Assembly (NCBI RefSeq): GCF_018350175.1
Contig: NC_058375.1
Location: 160,022,001-160,086,000 of the forward strand
DNA length: 64,000 nucleotides
Reading direction: 5' to 3'
Origin: Felis catus
Taxonomy: Eukaryota
Shown: positions 12,753-27,084 of the stretch, one piece after another
How the letters are laid out: each line of letters opens with the position of its first letter
Numbering within the stretch: position 1 is the first letter of the stretch
Translations under genes and position numbers: made by a program
Notes under the pieces: generated by a model
Seen by the model: the letters and a program-made list of their open reading frames with translations, nothing else
What the model was told of the DNA's origin: nothing
Databases searched by the model: none

Positions 12753-15509
12753 AGCGTTATAAGTCTTGGGAGAAAATTGTTTCTTTTTGCTTCCTGTTTG
12801 AGAAATCCGGTTGCTGAGATCCACACGTTCAGCACATTTCTCTGATTCAGCCTCAAAAGAAGAACCAGTAAAAATAGAAGGGGAGGAAACAGCAGTGAAA
12901 ATCATTGCTGAATCAAATTTAAGGTTAAAATATGGGATTGTAGCTTGGATAATTTGCATTAAAACCCTTTAGTTTCCCCTTTGGTTTTGGCCTGACCCCA
13001 TGTTAAGAATGATGTGAATTCTGCCCTTTTCTGCCCTTGAAGTTTGCAGATAAATGTCAAGCTAATTATGATCAACAGTGCTGAGGAGAAAAAGGTGTTA
13101 ACCTATTCCAGACATCAAGAAATTAGCAGCAGAGTCCATAAATTTAAAAGAAATACAAGGAACAAACCTAAAACTATCTTTTGTGCAATAGGTAAGATTG
13201 CTAACGTTTTAGAATACCAGAAAATATTTATATGTGGCCAAAGATAAATCTTTTTGCATCTGACCTTAAGTGTAATAACCGTTTGGGCAAGTAGAAGTGA
13301 TTACCTTGTGAGCAAGGTATAACTATCTTCATATATTAATTCTAATCCTTATATCTCTACTACTGGAAAAATCCATTCTTGTTTTATGCATATTTAATAT
13401 AATATTTGAAGCTTTCAGAGCATTTTAGAGACCTGATTGAGGTTACAGAGCAGTTGAATAATTATGATGTACTGGATATTGCCCCAAACTTCCAATTAGA
13501 CACTAGCTATAGCTAAACAGTCATGCCCAATGAATTTACATCTTGAAAAACAAGTCCAGTAAGAGGGAATAGATTAAAATACCAGAGAAAAGAAAGAAAC
13601 CAGTGTTGTATGGGTTTCAAAGCAGATGCAGTGCTATGTAAAAGCTGAAAGCCTATTCTCCATTTCCAAGAGTGTTTCAGAAAAGGTTAAGACTTCAGTC
13701 CTGTTTGATTTTTTTAAGAAGAGGTTTATTGAGTTTCCCCATCTCCTTTAAGTCACTCTCTTCTTTTAATGAAATGATAGGAACTCATCTGCTCAGAAAG
13801 GCATCTGAGAATTAGCTGAGATTCTTGGCTGCTTTTTAGGCTGGGGTCAGGAGTGGGTGGGTGGCTAGAATACTTCTAGTCTAGGTATGAACTGACCACT
13901 GAGAAACTCCGCATGTTTCACCACTGCTAAAGTCAGACTAGGCCAGGATCCTTATGCCGTATCAGCCGGACACTTTTACCTCAGTGTAAAAGACCATGGT
14001 GGGGGGGAGGGGGAGGTCAGTTGTGGGCACTGTAACAAACAGAAGGGTTATGCCCCAACTGGAAGGACAAGCTGTTCCTATTTAGGTTCAACTGATTGTG
14101 ACATTTTGTGGGAATGTGGGCTGCATGACTTTTAACAAGATGGTTGATAAAAAGATGCCAAATGATACAGAAGATAGTAAAGAATGTGGGAAATTTACAG
14201 ATAACACACACAGCAGGAGACAGTACAGCACGCTTCCCAAAAAAGTGTGGGTGTCCCAGCCCCCCATAGTGGCATCGCAGCTGTTCATTCCGCCACCTGC
14301 CAGCCATGACACCGCCATTCTCTTGGGGTGGAGGGACGTGGCGGTTAATATCCTCCTGGCCCCACCTCAACCCCCACTCTCTGCCTGACTCTTTTAGAGT
14401 CTTCAGTGGTGTGGCCCGCCTACCTAACAGGCACTACTGATAGGCATAAAACATTATGGGCAACGTTTCTGAGTGTTTAATGCAAAACTGAGGGAAGCAA
14501 TTTAGCTTCTTCCAGCAGGTCTAGATATTAAGCTGATGAGAAGCGTATTGCTACATTTCACTCCTTGTGATGCTGTGTTCTCACAGTATCGAGGCAGCAA
14601 GATTATCCTTCTTTGACTCGAAAACGTTTCTCTCAACTCTGAGAGAAAACAAAACGAATCCTATTGTAGTTGCTGTTTGAACTGCCTAGTGAGGAGATGA
14701 TGTTCTATTTAAACAAATTAAGGTACTTGACATTCTTCCACCAACTGAATGTTTTGTTTCTTGTACGTATTTTTTAAATGGTAACTTACATTTATTGACT
14801 GCTTTCTATGTACCAGTCACTGTGATAACATGTAAAATGAAATGGTTCACTCAACATTCAGAATAACCATATGAAGTGTGAAACTACTGTTATCCCTCCA
14901 CATTTTGTAAATGAGTATCATGAGGCTTATAGAAGTTACTTTGCCACAACTAATAAGTGCAGAGAAAGGAAACACATCCAGATTCTTTTGACACACACTT
15001 ATGCCAGATTTCCTCCAAAGCTCTCAAAAAAGCAAATCATGTTACTTTATCTCATATAAAGCATACCAATAATGATAATATTAGGTACAAGAAAATACTT
15101 AGTGTTTTTTTAATGATGTCTGGATATCCAAATTTTGGACAAAGTTTGGATGAAATACAGTTGGCCTATTCACATATATAACTTGACATAAATGATGGTT
15201 CTTCATTCAGTAGTTAAAAGTAATTTTTTAAAAAGGTACAAAATATGGTACTCTCATCCTGTTTGTGGTAATAATGAACACCAGTATTGGTAATGATTCA
15301 TAAGTTAATTTGACTTCCTTTTTAATAATCTTTGTATTGCTTACCTTTCTTAACCATGTCTACATATGTATCTCACTTTTAGAATTCTAGGGAAAATTCT
15401 GGGGCAAATTTCTGGTCCCTGTGTTGCTACAGAATCTTACAGAAGGAATAATTTATTATAGGCAAAGGATATATATTAGAAAGATAAGACCAACTGAGGG
15501 CTTTTCTCT

Positions 15510-16460
15510 ACCATTTTATAATGAAACTTTTCAAACATACAGAAATGTTGATAGAATTTTACAGTAAATACCCAAATACCAACTTCATGGATTCTAAATT
15601 TTACGTGTTTTATTACTATCTATCCATGTTACTTTTATGATGCATTTCAAAGTAAATTGCAGACCTCAGTATACTTCCCCCTGATACCTCAACATGCATA
15701 CCACTAAATAGAGTTTAATGTTCAGTTTTTAAAATTTTTTATGTACATTTACATGCAGTGAAATGCAAAAATGTTAAATATAAATTTGCTGAGTTCTTGC
15801 AAATGCGTACATCTGCGTAACCCAAACCCTTTTCAAAATTTAGAACATAGCACTCATTCCGGAAAGTTTCCTCCCATTCCTTCCCAGTCAATCCTCACCA
15901 CACCTATTGGGGGTTAACTACTGTTTTGATTATTTTGCCTCACAGATTAAATTTGCCCATTCTAAAACCTTATATGAATGAAATCATACAAAGTGGAATG
16001 CTTCCTTCATTCACCGTGTTTTTGAAGTTAATTCACTTTGCATGTACCAGTGATTCATCCCTTTTTATTGCTGACCAGTCTTTTGTATGAATGCGTCAAT
16101 TTGTTTTTTCCAGTTTTCTGTTAATGGACACCTGGGCTGTTTCTGATTTTTTTTTCTTTTTTCTTTTTTTACTATTGTGAATAAAGTGCTGTGAACATTC
16201 TTGTACACATTTTTTTGCGAACATATTTCTTTATTCCTCTTGGGTAAACATCTAAGAATGCAATTATTGGGTCCTAGGTAGGAGTGTGTTTAGTTTAATA
16301 AGCAATTGCCAGATCCCCCCCCCCACCCACCCCTGAAGGATTGTATCATTTCACATGCCTGCAACAATATGAACCTTCCAGTCATTCCACATTTTCTCCA
16401 ACATTTGTGGTTCTTAGTCTTCTTTATCTTAGCATTTGTGGTGGGTGTATAATCATCTCT
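15510..16460 (-). mobile_element. Old L1M 3' fragment
   Basis: Antisense L1 3'-end motifs (atggacacctgggctgtttc, gctgtgaacattcttgtaca). Confidence 0.7.
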
Positions 16461-16919
16461 AGTTGATACGTAGATTGTTTCTACTTGCCTCTAGCAGCCC
16501 TTTCTCAGGTCACCCTCTTTATCTTTTTTAACCCCACCCCCACCCCACCAGGAACTGCTGAAAACATTCTTTCTTTGTGATAATAATTAAGATAACTCAA
16601 AAGCGATCTTGCATTATTCTTCCTCAAACATAGAATACATTCTCATCAAGGAACCCTGTTTCCTTTAATGAGGACTAACAGAACAAACCTGGATTGCTAA
16701 AGGCTTATGTTAGACTGTTCTACGTGACTGCTGGAGCTGGACAGGATGGCACCAGAGGAGGGGCTCCATAAAACATTGTAATAAAAGCAGAAAGTGATTT
16801 TTTCCTTTAAAGGCTGGGAGTTCATGTTATTTGTAAATCGGATGAATTTTTGCTATAATATGATATTAGTATTAAATAAGCTTTATCCTTTCCCTAATAA
16901 CTACATTGATGTGGGTTAT

Positions 16920-17085
16920 GTATTTTCTTTTGAGAGACTAGGGGAGGGGCGGAGAGAGGGAGAAAGAGAATCCAAAGCAGGCTCCTCACTGTCAGCACAG
17001 AGCCCAATGCGGGGCTCCAACCCACGAACCGTGAGATCATGAGCTGAGCCAAAAACCAAGAATTGGTTGCTCAACCAATCACTCG
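16920..17085 (-). mobile_element. CAN-SINE, degenerate
   Basis: gaatccaaagcaggctc…gtgagatcatgagctgagcc. Confidence 0.85.
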
Positions 17086-17284
17086 TCCAGTGTGATTTTG
17101 ATTTTGATTTGTATTTCCTGTGTGATTTTGATTTATATTTCCTGGTAAACTAATGATGATAAGCATATTCAGGTGTGTTTATATGCCATGTATAAATTTT
17201 AAATTTTCTTAACATAGATTTTTTGAGGCATAATGGACATATAATAAACTGCACACATTTAAATTACACAGTTTGGTAAATTTT

Positions 17285-17493
17285 TTTTTAACTTTTTTAA
17301 CATTTATTTGTTATTGAGAGACAAAGCATGAGCGGGGGAGAGGCAGAGAGTGAGAGAGACACAGAATCCGAAGCAGGCTCCAGGCTCCGAGCTGTCAGCA
17401 CAGAGCCCGATGCGGGGCTCGAGCTCACAGACCGCGAGATCATGACCTGAGCTCAAGTCGGATGCCTAACCGACTGAGCCACCCAGGTGCCCC
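17285..17493 (-). mobile_element. CAN-SINE
   Basis: TSD agtttggtaaatttt on both sides. Confidence 0.93.
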
Positions 17494-18215
17494 AAGTTTG
17501 GTAAATTTTGACATGTCATGTATACACCCATGAAACCATCACTACAATTGAGATATCAAACACATCCATCACTCCAAAAAGTTTCCTCTTGGTTCTTTGT
17601 GCCACCCCTCTCTTGCCTTTCTCTCCTGCCTTCCCAAAGCAGCCACTAATCTGTTTCTGTTGGTTTAGGTTGGTTTGCATTGTCCAGAATTTTATATAAA
17701 TGTAGTCGCACAGTAAGTGCTCTTCTGTTTTTCTCCTGGCTTCTTTCACTCAGTATAGTTATTTTGAGATTATTGAGTTATTTTGAGTTATTTTGAGATC
17801 CATCTGTATTACGTGTATCATAGTTCATTCCTTTTTGTTACTTAATATTACTCCATTGTGTGGTTATAACCACAATTTTTTACACATTTACCTGTTGATG
17901 TACATTTGGGTACTTTCCAATTTGGGGCTACTGCAAACAAAGCTACTGTGAACATTTAGTACAAATTCTTTGTATGGACATAATGCTTTATTTCTGTTGG
18001 GAAATACCAAAGAGAAAATGGCTGGATCCTATGTTAGGTATATGCTTAATTTTTTAAGAAGCTTACAAACTGTTTTACCAAAATGGCTATGTCATTTTAT
18101 ATTCCCATCACCCCATCATCAGTACATGAGAGTTCCAGGTGCTCCATATCCTTGCCAACACTTGTTATGGGCAGTGTTTTTAATTTTAGACATTTAGTTT
18201 AGGTTTTACATTACA

Positions 18216-18432
18216 ATTTTTTAAATTTATGTTTATTTTTGAGACCGAGAGAGTGCGTGTGTGCGTGTGAGTGGAGGAGGGGCAGAGAGAGAGGGAGACA
18301 TGGAATCTGCAGCAGGCTCCAGGCTCTGAGTGGTCAGCACAGAGCCCAAAGCGGGGCTCAAACTCACAGACCACAAGATCATGACCTAAGCCGAAGTCGT
18401 ATGCCCAACCAACTGAGCCACCCAGGTGCCCC
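18216..18432 (-). mobile_element. CAN-SINE
   Basis: TSD agtttRggttttacatt. Confidence 0.92.
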
Positions 18433-19829
18433 AAGTTTGGGTTTTACATTTAGATCCATAATCCACTTTTTGTTGATTTTTGGGTACGGTGCAAGATATG
18501 GATCAAAGTTCTTTTTTTCTATATGGGTATCTAGTGCATAGTGGGTAGCATTTGGTCTTTCACCATTATGTATGATATTAACTGTTGGTTGTTCATAGCT
18601 GCTCCTTATTAATTTGAAGAAGTTCCCTACTATTACTAGTTTTCTGAGTTTTTATTGGATATAGATGTTGGAGTCTGTCAAATACTCTGTTGAGGCGACC
18701 ATATGGCTTTTAGTCTGTTAATACGGTAAGTTACATTGATTGATTTTTTTTTTTAACTTTAGACCAGTATTGAATTCTTGGGGTAAACGCACTTGATACC
18801 TCTAAAGTTCTAATCATATTTTAAGTCAGACGGTCTCTGCAGTTCTACTTTGTCACATGCGTCATTTCCACAACAACAAATTCATAAAATTTACCACTGT
18901 ATTGGCACCGTGGTACATAGTAATCATTTCAAGTTCATTACATTTAGACGGCTTTCTGCCTTTACAAATAATTTCCAAACACTTTTGGACCCTTTGCCAA
19001 ATACTTCATTCTCATATAAACAGAATTTAGCAAGTTGGGACTCAACAGCGTTGGAGAAGCTCTGGGCATGCTGCCAGCCTCTCCCTGTCTTACCTCAGTC
19101 CAGAAAGTTCGTATACTAAGTAAAATTATATCTGAGGTAGAAAAGTCAGTTAATACCTGCTGTGACCCCAATTAATGCTTTGAACCCATTATAGTTCAAT
19201 ATACTTTGAAACCTTGGACCACCGCAGAAGTGATGAAACTTACAGTGAGCTAAATTCACAAAGGTGACAATCCGTGAAATGAGTCATATGGAGGACAATC
19301 TACCTTCTCCGGTAATAGGCATCCATAAATTGATCTCTCAAATGAAACTTTCAAAAGAAAATGACTTATCAATAAATTCTTTATCAGTTCTTTCCAGTAA
19401 AAGTTTTAAGGCTCAATTAAGGATTTTAAATTTTCTCTTAGGAGGGCACCTGCTCAAGCAGACAATCATTTCTGAATCCTATTTTAAACACCATTTTTTC
19501 TTTGAAAACTCACAAGCTCCAAGGGCACAGCTTTTCAAGCTTCCTCTGTAAGAGTAATAAGACTGGTTAAAGCACGTTAAAAGAATTACAATTTAAAAGC
19601 CATTCTAACACTTAATTTTCCTGTCTGTAATCTGTCTTTCTCTCTGTAGAGAGCAAAGTCAGTGAGAGTTAAAGCATTTCCAGCTCCAACCTCTCCCACA
19701 TCTAAAACCTCAGATTTTACACAGTAATGACACAAGATCTGCTTGAAGATATGCTGACTGACACTATCATGAACTTAAAGAGGTCCTTGAGACCACTACC
19801 ACATCTAATAGAAAGTCCCAAATATCTCA

Positions 19830-20035
19830 GCGTGCCTGGGTGGCACAGTTGACTGTCTGACTCTTGCTTTCAGCGCAGGCCATGAACCCATGGTTTGTGA
19901 GATCGAGCCCCATGCAGGGCTCTGTGCTGACAGTGCAGAGCCTGCTTGGGATTCTCTCCCTCTCTCTCTCTGCCTCTCTCTCTCTGCCTCTCTCTCTCTC
20001 TCGCAAAATAAATAAGTAAACTTAAAAAAAATAAG
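19830..20035 (+). mobile_element. CAN-SINE
   Basis: Head gcctgggtggcacag, (CT)n, A tail, TSD approx. gtcccaaaYRtctc. Confidence 0.9.
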
Positions 20036-20814
20036 AATGTCCCAAACGTCTCTTTTCCAGAGTCTGTCTTGGTTCCCTTACCGGACTCCTGATCTGATGG
20101 TTTCCATTTCAGTTTCTGCCAGAAAGTCTTGGGTGCCTCTGCCACTTTGGCTAGCGTTAGAGTGATTCATTGTGCATATACAGACACTTTTGAGAGTGAA
20201 AGGAAACATTACCAATCATTATTGATTGGACCACTAAGAGCAACTAAATGCTTAATCTCACGGACCAGCCTCCAAGAAGCCACAGAAACTGCACCTCAGG
20301 GCCGTGTGTGAGGGATAGGTTAGGGAGGAAGGGGGAAGAATTTACCCCCAGCTCTTATCTGCCACTCTCCAAAGATTCCAACATAACTCCCCCGAATTTC
20401 CAGATTGCACAAGGGCAGAATTCACCTTGACACCCATGGGCGGGAAGCAAGGGAAACTCAGCAACAGGACATGAATGAGGTCCTCGCATTGGCAGGCTGT
20501 GTTGGCATGAAGTTTGCAGGGTCCACACAGAGCAGTCTTAGTAGCAGTGACTGAAACAAGAGGGGGGGTGAGGCCAACAGAATCTGAATTTGTGCAGGAT
20601 GTCTGGTTAAAGGGAGACTTGGGAAGAACTCTATTTCTTCCCACGTGCTGGGTTCTGGTCTGCTTTCTGTCCGGTGAGCACGGCTTAAGGCCAGAAAGAT
20701 GGCAGAGAGCCCTAACCAGCAAACTCCAATCTAAAGAAATAGACCTTAGCCTTACATCCAAGATAGTTAAATGAATGTACCCTTCTATGTTTTAAGGTGG
20801 CATATGATCTGGAA

Positions 20815-21975
20815 ACATTTTATTTTTATTCACACACTGTGAAGTTCACCTTTTCAAAGTGTACAATTCAACGATTTTTAGAATGTTCACAAAATTGTGC
20901 AGCCATCACCCCTCTCTAATTTCTAGAACACTTTTGTCACCCCACAGAGAAACCCTGTATACATTAACAGTCGTTCCCATTTCCCTTCCCCCCACCTCCT
21001 GGCAACCACTAATCTGTTTCTGTGGATTTGCCTATTCTGCACGTTTCACCTAAGCGGAATCATGCAAAATGTGGCCTTTCGTGTCTGGTTTCCTTCAGCA
21101 TGCTGTCTTCAAACTTTAACCTATGTTGTAGCATGTATCAATACTTCATTTCTTTTTGTGGCCAAGTAATATTCTCTTATGAAACTAAACACATTTGTTT
21201 ATGCACCTGTTGATGGACATCAGGTTGATTCCAGTTTTTAGCTGTTGTCAATGATGCTGCTATAAACATTTGTGTGCACATTTTTGTATAGATAGATATT
21301 TTCAGTCCTCCTGAGAAATGCCTAGGAGTGGAATTAGTGGGTCCCATGGTAGCTCTAGGTTTAACTTTTTGAGGAACCGACAAACTATTTTCCACAGCAG
21401 TGGTACCATTTTATATTCCCCATAGCAATATACAAGAGGTCCAGTTCCTCCACATACTTGCCAACGCCTGTTATTTTCTATTTTTTATTATAACAATCCT
21501 AGTGGGCATGAGGTGGTATTTCATTACAGTTTTGAATTTTACTTCCCTGATGACTAATGATACACATCTTCTTATGTGCTTATCGGCCATTTGTATACCA
21601 TCTTTGAAGAGACATTTACTCCAATCCTTTANNNNNNNNNNNNNNNNNNNNNNNNNNNNNNNNNNNNNNNNNNNNNNNNNNNNNNNNNNNNNNNNNNNNN
21701 NNNNNNNNNNNNNNNNNNNNNNNNNNNNNNNNNNNNNNNNNNNNNNNNNNNNNNNNNNNNNNNNNNNNNNNNNNNNNNNNNNNNNNNNNNNNNNNNNNNN
21801 NNNNNNNNNNNNNNNNNNNNNNNNNNNNNNNNNNNNNNNNNNNNATTCTTTCTTTTGGTGATTGTGCTCTTGATGTCATATCTAAGAAACAATCGCCTAG
21901 TCTAAGGTCATAAAAATGTACACTTATGTTTTCTTCTAAGAGTTTCTTAATTAGCTTTTACGTTTAAGTTGATGA
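20815..21975 (-). mobile_element. L1MB-like 3' fragment (spans gap 21632-21844)
   Basis: Classic antisense L1 3' end (aagtgtacaattca…, cctaggagtggaatt, gtggtatttcatt). Confidence 0.85.
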
Positions 21976-21998
21976 TTTTAATCTATAATCTTGAATGA

Positions 21999-22209
21999 GG
22001 GGCACCTGGGTGGCTCAGTCGGTTAAGCGGCCGACTTCAGCTCAGGTCATGATCTCTCAGTCCGTGAGTTCAAGCCCCGTGTCGGGCTCTGTTCTGACAG
22101 CTCAGAGCCTGGAGCCTGCTTCGGATTCTGTGTCTCCCTCTCTGCCCCTCCCCTGCTCACGCTCTGTCTCTCTCACTCTCAAAAATGAATAAGTGTTTAA
22201 AAAAAATTT
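21999..22209 (+). mobile_element. CAN-SINE
   Basis: TSD tataatcttgaatga. Confidence 0.93.
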
Positions 22210-22539
22210 ATAATCTTGAATGAAATTTAATGTTAACACTAGTTACTGTTTTAGTCCTTCTTCGTATTAACACAGGAAAATAAGTTGTAGTTTGATTCTA
22301 AGTTTATTCACAAATGTGAGGCTTGGGATTCTCCTGGGAAGGGTGAGAATGAGGGCTATGGGGGATATTGCTGGGAGTCCATTCCCAGTAGGTGTTGGTG
22401 AGAGAAACACCAGCCACTGACCTCACTAAGAGCTGGAAGAATAAGATATCATCTGCTCCTAAAAGGAGTGTGAGGGAAACACAAAGATACTGCCAACCTA
22501 CCAGTCCAGGCCCACTGACAGGAAGTATCTCTTCTGTAA

Positions 22540-22728
22540 TTTTTTAAATATTTGTTTAATGTTTATTTATTTTTGAGGGGGGGAGGGGCAGAGAGAGGGG
22601 GACAGAGGATCTGTAGCGGGCTCTGTGTTGACAGCAGAGAGCTCAATGTGGGGCTCGAACTCACAAACCGCAAGATCATGACCTGAGCTGAAGTCCAACA
22701 CTTAACGGACTGAGCCACGCAGGTGCTC
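22540..22728 (-). mobile_element. CAN-SINE
   Basis: Head and tail motifs. Confidence 0.9.
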
Positions 22729-23494
22729 CTCTTCCCTAATTCTTAATGTTTCCCCTAAATTCAGATGGGTGTGGTTTTTGCATGCTCCTACAATGAGCAA
22801 ATACGCATTCCATGATCAAGTGAAATTAATACCTGTTATTTTATAAATATTGACAGCAAAATAGTGACTGTGTTTCAAGCTTGTATAATTTTCTGAGCAA
22901 TTACTTTTTCTGTCTCAGAATCTTAGACTTTTTAAACTTAATAGGTTACACAGAAGTGTCTAAGAATACTTTTGAGTCATTGCACGGACAGCTTGCTAAT
23001 AACTACTAAAACATTTAGATGCAGCAACCTCTGTGGCTATCTCTTGAGTTTGATCACTAAACTCATTAGGTTCTCTATCTGCAAAGAACAGCATTGTTAA
23101 TGTTGCCTTTATGACATCAGAATAAAACAAGATGTGCTTTAATAACTAGTGATACCTGCTGCACGACAAGTGGGTTACACAAGGAAGTGCAGCTAATAAT
23201 AAAATGTTCGTGTCAGTGAATACTGTCATTACATACAGATTAAAGAAATAAGACTATTTTTAGTTAATTGCTGGTATTAATCTAAAATTCCAGTGAATCA
23301 GAAATCCTGTATTTAGGTGAGTTCAGAAGTGCATAGTCACTACCGTCATTCTAATAAACAATGTCATTTGGGATATAGTACTACAATCAGTATATTTTTA
23401 ATACCTAGGACAGTACTTATTTTTGAGGTTTTGAGAAATGTATTGATGAATCAACAGATTCATCAGGTGGGAGGGGAATTTCCAAAGAGGTGTT

Positions 23495-23495
<1 letters not shown>

Positions 23496-23529
<34 letters not shown>
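23496..23529. repeat. (GTT)n trinucleotide microsatellite
   Basis: About 11 units. Confidence 0.95.
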
Positions 23530-23929
23530 AGCAGAACAGTCCAGACTCATAAAGGACCATGAGGAACAAGGAGATAACCTTAATGCTATAGGGAACCAAG
23601 GTGTTGGAAGCAGGTGGAAATGACCCATGTGGTATTGGGCTGTGTCAGGGTATAACTGAGGACAAGAAACTTGAGAATCAAAGCTCAGTGGAGCTTTTTG
23701 GGCTCATAGTTTTTGTCATAGATGAAGCTTAATTTGAAATGGTTTTTGACAGTGTCTTTGCCAGATTTGGATCTGTATTTTAAGAATGAGGTCTAGATCT
23801 CTTCAAAGAACTAGTTACTATGAACTGCCATGTCCATGTGCCTTAGATGTGCTGTAACACATACCTCAGGGCCCCATTGCGGGCACAAAATTCAAAATGT
23901 TTGAAAGTGAAAAGTGATCTCTCCCTCAC

Positions 23930-25140
23930 CCTCTTTTTGGGTCTGTTTCTGGGCTCTTTCTGATCCTTACCTTTTACATTCAGAGGTATAGTCCACCTGG
24001 AATTGGTTTTTGTTTATGGTTAACTCTCTTTTCTCCCTTTTTGTAAAAAAATCTACTCTATCCAGCACCATAAATCCCAGCTTTGTAGTGACACCTTTGT
24101 CACCATGTGTCTATATGGACTCTATTCTGTTCCATTGATCTATTTGTCATTATTGTCACCAATATCACACTACATTGATTACTGTAGATTTATAATATAT
24201 CTTAATATGCAGTAGAGTATGTCCTCATAAATTGTTGTTTCTCAGGAATGTTATGGCTATTCTTTACCCTTGACATATTCTGTGCCTTGGAGTCTAGAAT
24301 CTTCTTGTCAATCCCACAGAAATTAACTCACTACAATTTTGATCGGGATCAAATTGACTATAGATACTTAGGGAGAAATGACATCCTTATTATTTTGAGT
24401 CTTCTAATACATTGATGTAATAACATCCTTCCATTTATTTATGTCATTTTCAATTTTTCTAAAAGTGTTTTTAGGTTTTCTGTATAGAAGTGTCATCTTT
24501 TTTTATTGCTAACTATTTTATGTTTTGATGCTATTGTAAATGGTATTGTGTTTAAATTTCATTTTTTAAAAATAAATAATAAATTTCATTTTTTAATGGT
24601 TTGATGCTCAACCAAAGAAATTCTATTGATTTCTGCATACTAATCTATATCCTGTAAGCTTATTCAAATCACCTAATAATTCTAATACTATTCTGTAGAT
24701 TTTATTTTCTAAGAATGCAAAGAATTCAATTCTATTACTTTCTCTATCTATAATACTGTTACCTATTTTTCTTGCCTTATTATATTGACTAGGTCCACCA
24801 GTATATTTCTGATTTCAGAGTAAACAATATTAACATTTCACCATTAGGTACTATGTTTCCTGTAAGTTTTTTTTCCATAGATACCCTTTAACAAGTAAAG
24901 AATTTTTCTTCTGTCCCTTGCTTACTAAGAGGTGTTTTTTTTTTTTAATGACTACATGTGCAATTTTATCAGTTTACATCTATTAAGGATAATCATGATT
25001 TTGTTTATTTCTTCTGATAATGTTGTGAATTACATTGATTTTTATATGTTAAAACCATCATATATTCCTGGAATACACTCAACTTGGTTATGATGTTTCC
25101 TTTTACATTTTGTTACATTCAGTTTGTTATCACTTTAATG
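23930..25140 (-). mobile_element. Old L1 ORF2-region fragment
   Basis: ggactctattctgttccattgatc, tagataccctt and similar antisense L1 motifs. Confidence 0.75.
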
Positions 25141-25159
25141 AAGACCTTAACTTCTTCTT

Positions 25160-25338
25160 CTTCTTCTTTTTTTTTTAGTGTTTACTTATTTTTGAAAGAG
25201 AGAGAGGGAGGGGCAGAGAGAGAAAGAGAGAGACTCCCAAGCAGGCCCTGCGTCAGAGCCTGCTGTGAGATCTGCCAGAACTGTGAGATCATGACCTGAG
25301 CTGAATTCAAGAGTCTGATGCTTAACCGACTGAGCCAC
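25160..25338 (-). mobile_element. CAN-SINE
   Basis: TSD aagaccttaacttct. Confidence 0.9.
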
Positions 25339-25861
25339 CAAGACCTTAACTTCTAAGTAAAATATGTTAATTAGCAGTAGTCTAATGCTTTTGCTGCAAC
25401 AACCAGAAAATGAAATGGATGAATTTTAAAATTGTATTTGTAAAGATATCAGAGAATTGTGGAGCAAGGAGGAATAGACGAACTACAATTCCAGAACAGT
25501 AAGAACTCTTCCTAAGTAAGCCAATGATTGTTTTTTTGTTTGTTTGTTTTGCTTTGTTTTTCCTGATGGACTTGACTTAGCAGAGAGAATCTCCTAGAGG
25601 GAAAAAAAAGCCAGCAAAATTTTTGACCATTACACAGGGCTGGTGTAACCTATTAGAAACTGGAAGAGCCTGAATGCAAGGCAGGTTTTCCCCCATGAGA
25701 TATTTTTTTAGTTTTAGGGTGATGTATGAGGCTGGAGGCTGGCCCAGAAAGTCAGACTGTAATCTATTGTTCCGTGGTGCCTGGAGGGGAACATCCTACT
25801 AGGGGAAAGGAGCCTTTCACAAACTCATAACTAGACGGTCCCTGAGGCATGTGTACATGGG

Positions 25862-26218
25862 TGTATTAGTTTGCTAGGGCTGCTAACAGCAGCAAAGTAC
25901 CACAGGCTGGGGAGCCTAAACAAAAGAAGTTTATTATGATTCTGGAGGCTAGCAGTCCAAGATCAAGGTGTCAGCAGGGTTGGTTTCTTCTGAGGCCTAT
26001 TTCCATGGCTTGAGGATGATGGTCTTCCCTCCATGTGTGTGTGTCCTGATCTCTTCTTACAAGGACACCAGTCATACTGGATTAGAGCCTACCCTACTGA
26101 ACGCATGTTAACTTAATTACCTCTTTAAGGATTCTGTCTCCAAATACAGTCCCACTCCGAGGTATTTAGGGTTAAGACTTCAACATATGAATTTGGGGGA
26201 TACAATTTAGCCCATAAT
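25862..26218 (-). mobile_element. MaLR LTR (MLT1A/B-like)
   Basis: tgtattagtttgctagggctgc…tctggaggctag…caaggtgtcagcaggg…caacatatgaattt. Confidence 0.85.
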
Positions 26219-26544
26219 AATGGGGTTGGAGGCTAAAGAGCTACACTCAAACATCTTCTGAAGGACTACAGTAGTTTCAGGCCTGCAGAAACAGAGACAT
26301 TACAAACTCTCAATTAGGCCCTGACCCAACTAAGTCACTAAGTGGATTGAAATCTGTCTGCCTAACTGAGGAAAAGGGCACTCACTAATGGGAGCTATCA
26401 GCTGGAGACTTCTTCTTTTACACATAAGTTGTGTCATATAATAAAGGATTATTAGACATGTAAAGAAGCAGGAAATAAATGGCCTGTGACCAAGAGAAAA
26501 TACTAATAATAGAAGCAAACCCTTCCTTTCATTGAGAATGTTTT

Positions 26545-26756
26545 TATTATAATTGTTATTATTATCATTATTAATTTTAGAGAGAGCAAGAGTGCACGAG
26601 CTGGGGAGAGGAGCAGAGGGAAAGAGAGAGAATCTTAAGTAGGCTCCACACTCAGTGCAGAGCCTAACGCGGGGCTCGATCTCACAACTCTGGGATTATG
26701 ACCTGAACCAAAATCAAGAGTCAGATGCTGAACCAACTGAGCCACTCAGGTGCCCC
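26545..26756 (-). mobile_element. CAN-SINE
   Basis: TSD tcattgagaat. Confidence 0.9.
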
Positions 26757-27084
26757 TCATTGAGAATCTTTTAAATTAGAGATTCAATTTATTTAAGAGT
26801 TAGTGACTTAATCTGGTTTTTCTTTCTTCTTGTGTCAATCTTGAATAATACGGTCTGGCTAAAAATCTGTCCCTTTCATCACATTTTTCAAAGCTATAAT
26901 CATGAAGTTGTTTATAATATCCTTTTGACATCTTTTAATAGCTAAAGAGTGTGTAATGCTGGCGAGCAGGTGCAAAGCACCTGAAAGCTTGATTCACAGC
27001 TGACCCAGGGATTCTCTTTTTCCCATGATCAGTCTCATAGGATGTTTATTATGCTCATTAGCCTTGTTCAAAAAGCTGTCTTTT

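Larger units (their letters stand above)
17215..18800 (-). mobile_element. L1M fragment interrupted by two SINEs
   Basis: Antisense L1 3' UTR and ORF2-end motifs. Confidence 0.75.

Noticed and set aside
19615-19730. Strong acceptor-like tract (ctttctctctgtag) in intergenic unique sequence
   Set aside because: Followed by only a short unrecognisable frame with no partner exon, so there is not enough support to call an exon.
21400-21905. ORFs running through N gaps (also near 3872-4367, 10542-10854 and 52840-53394)
   Set aside because: Their length is an artefact of X residues from the gaps.
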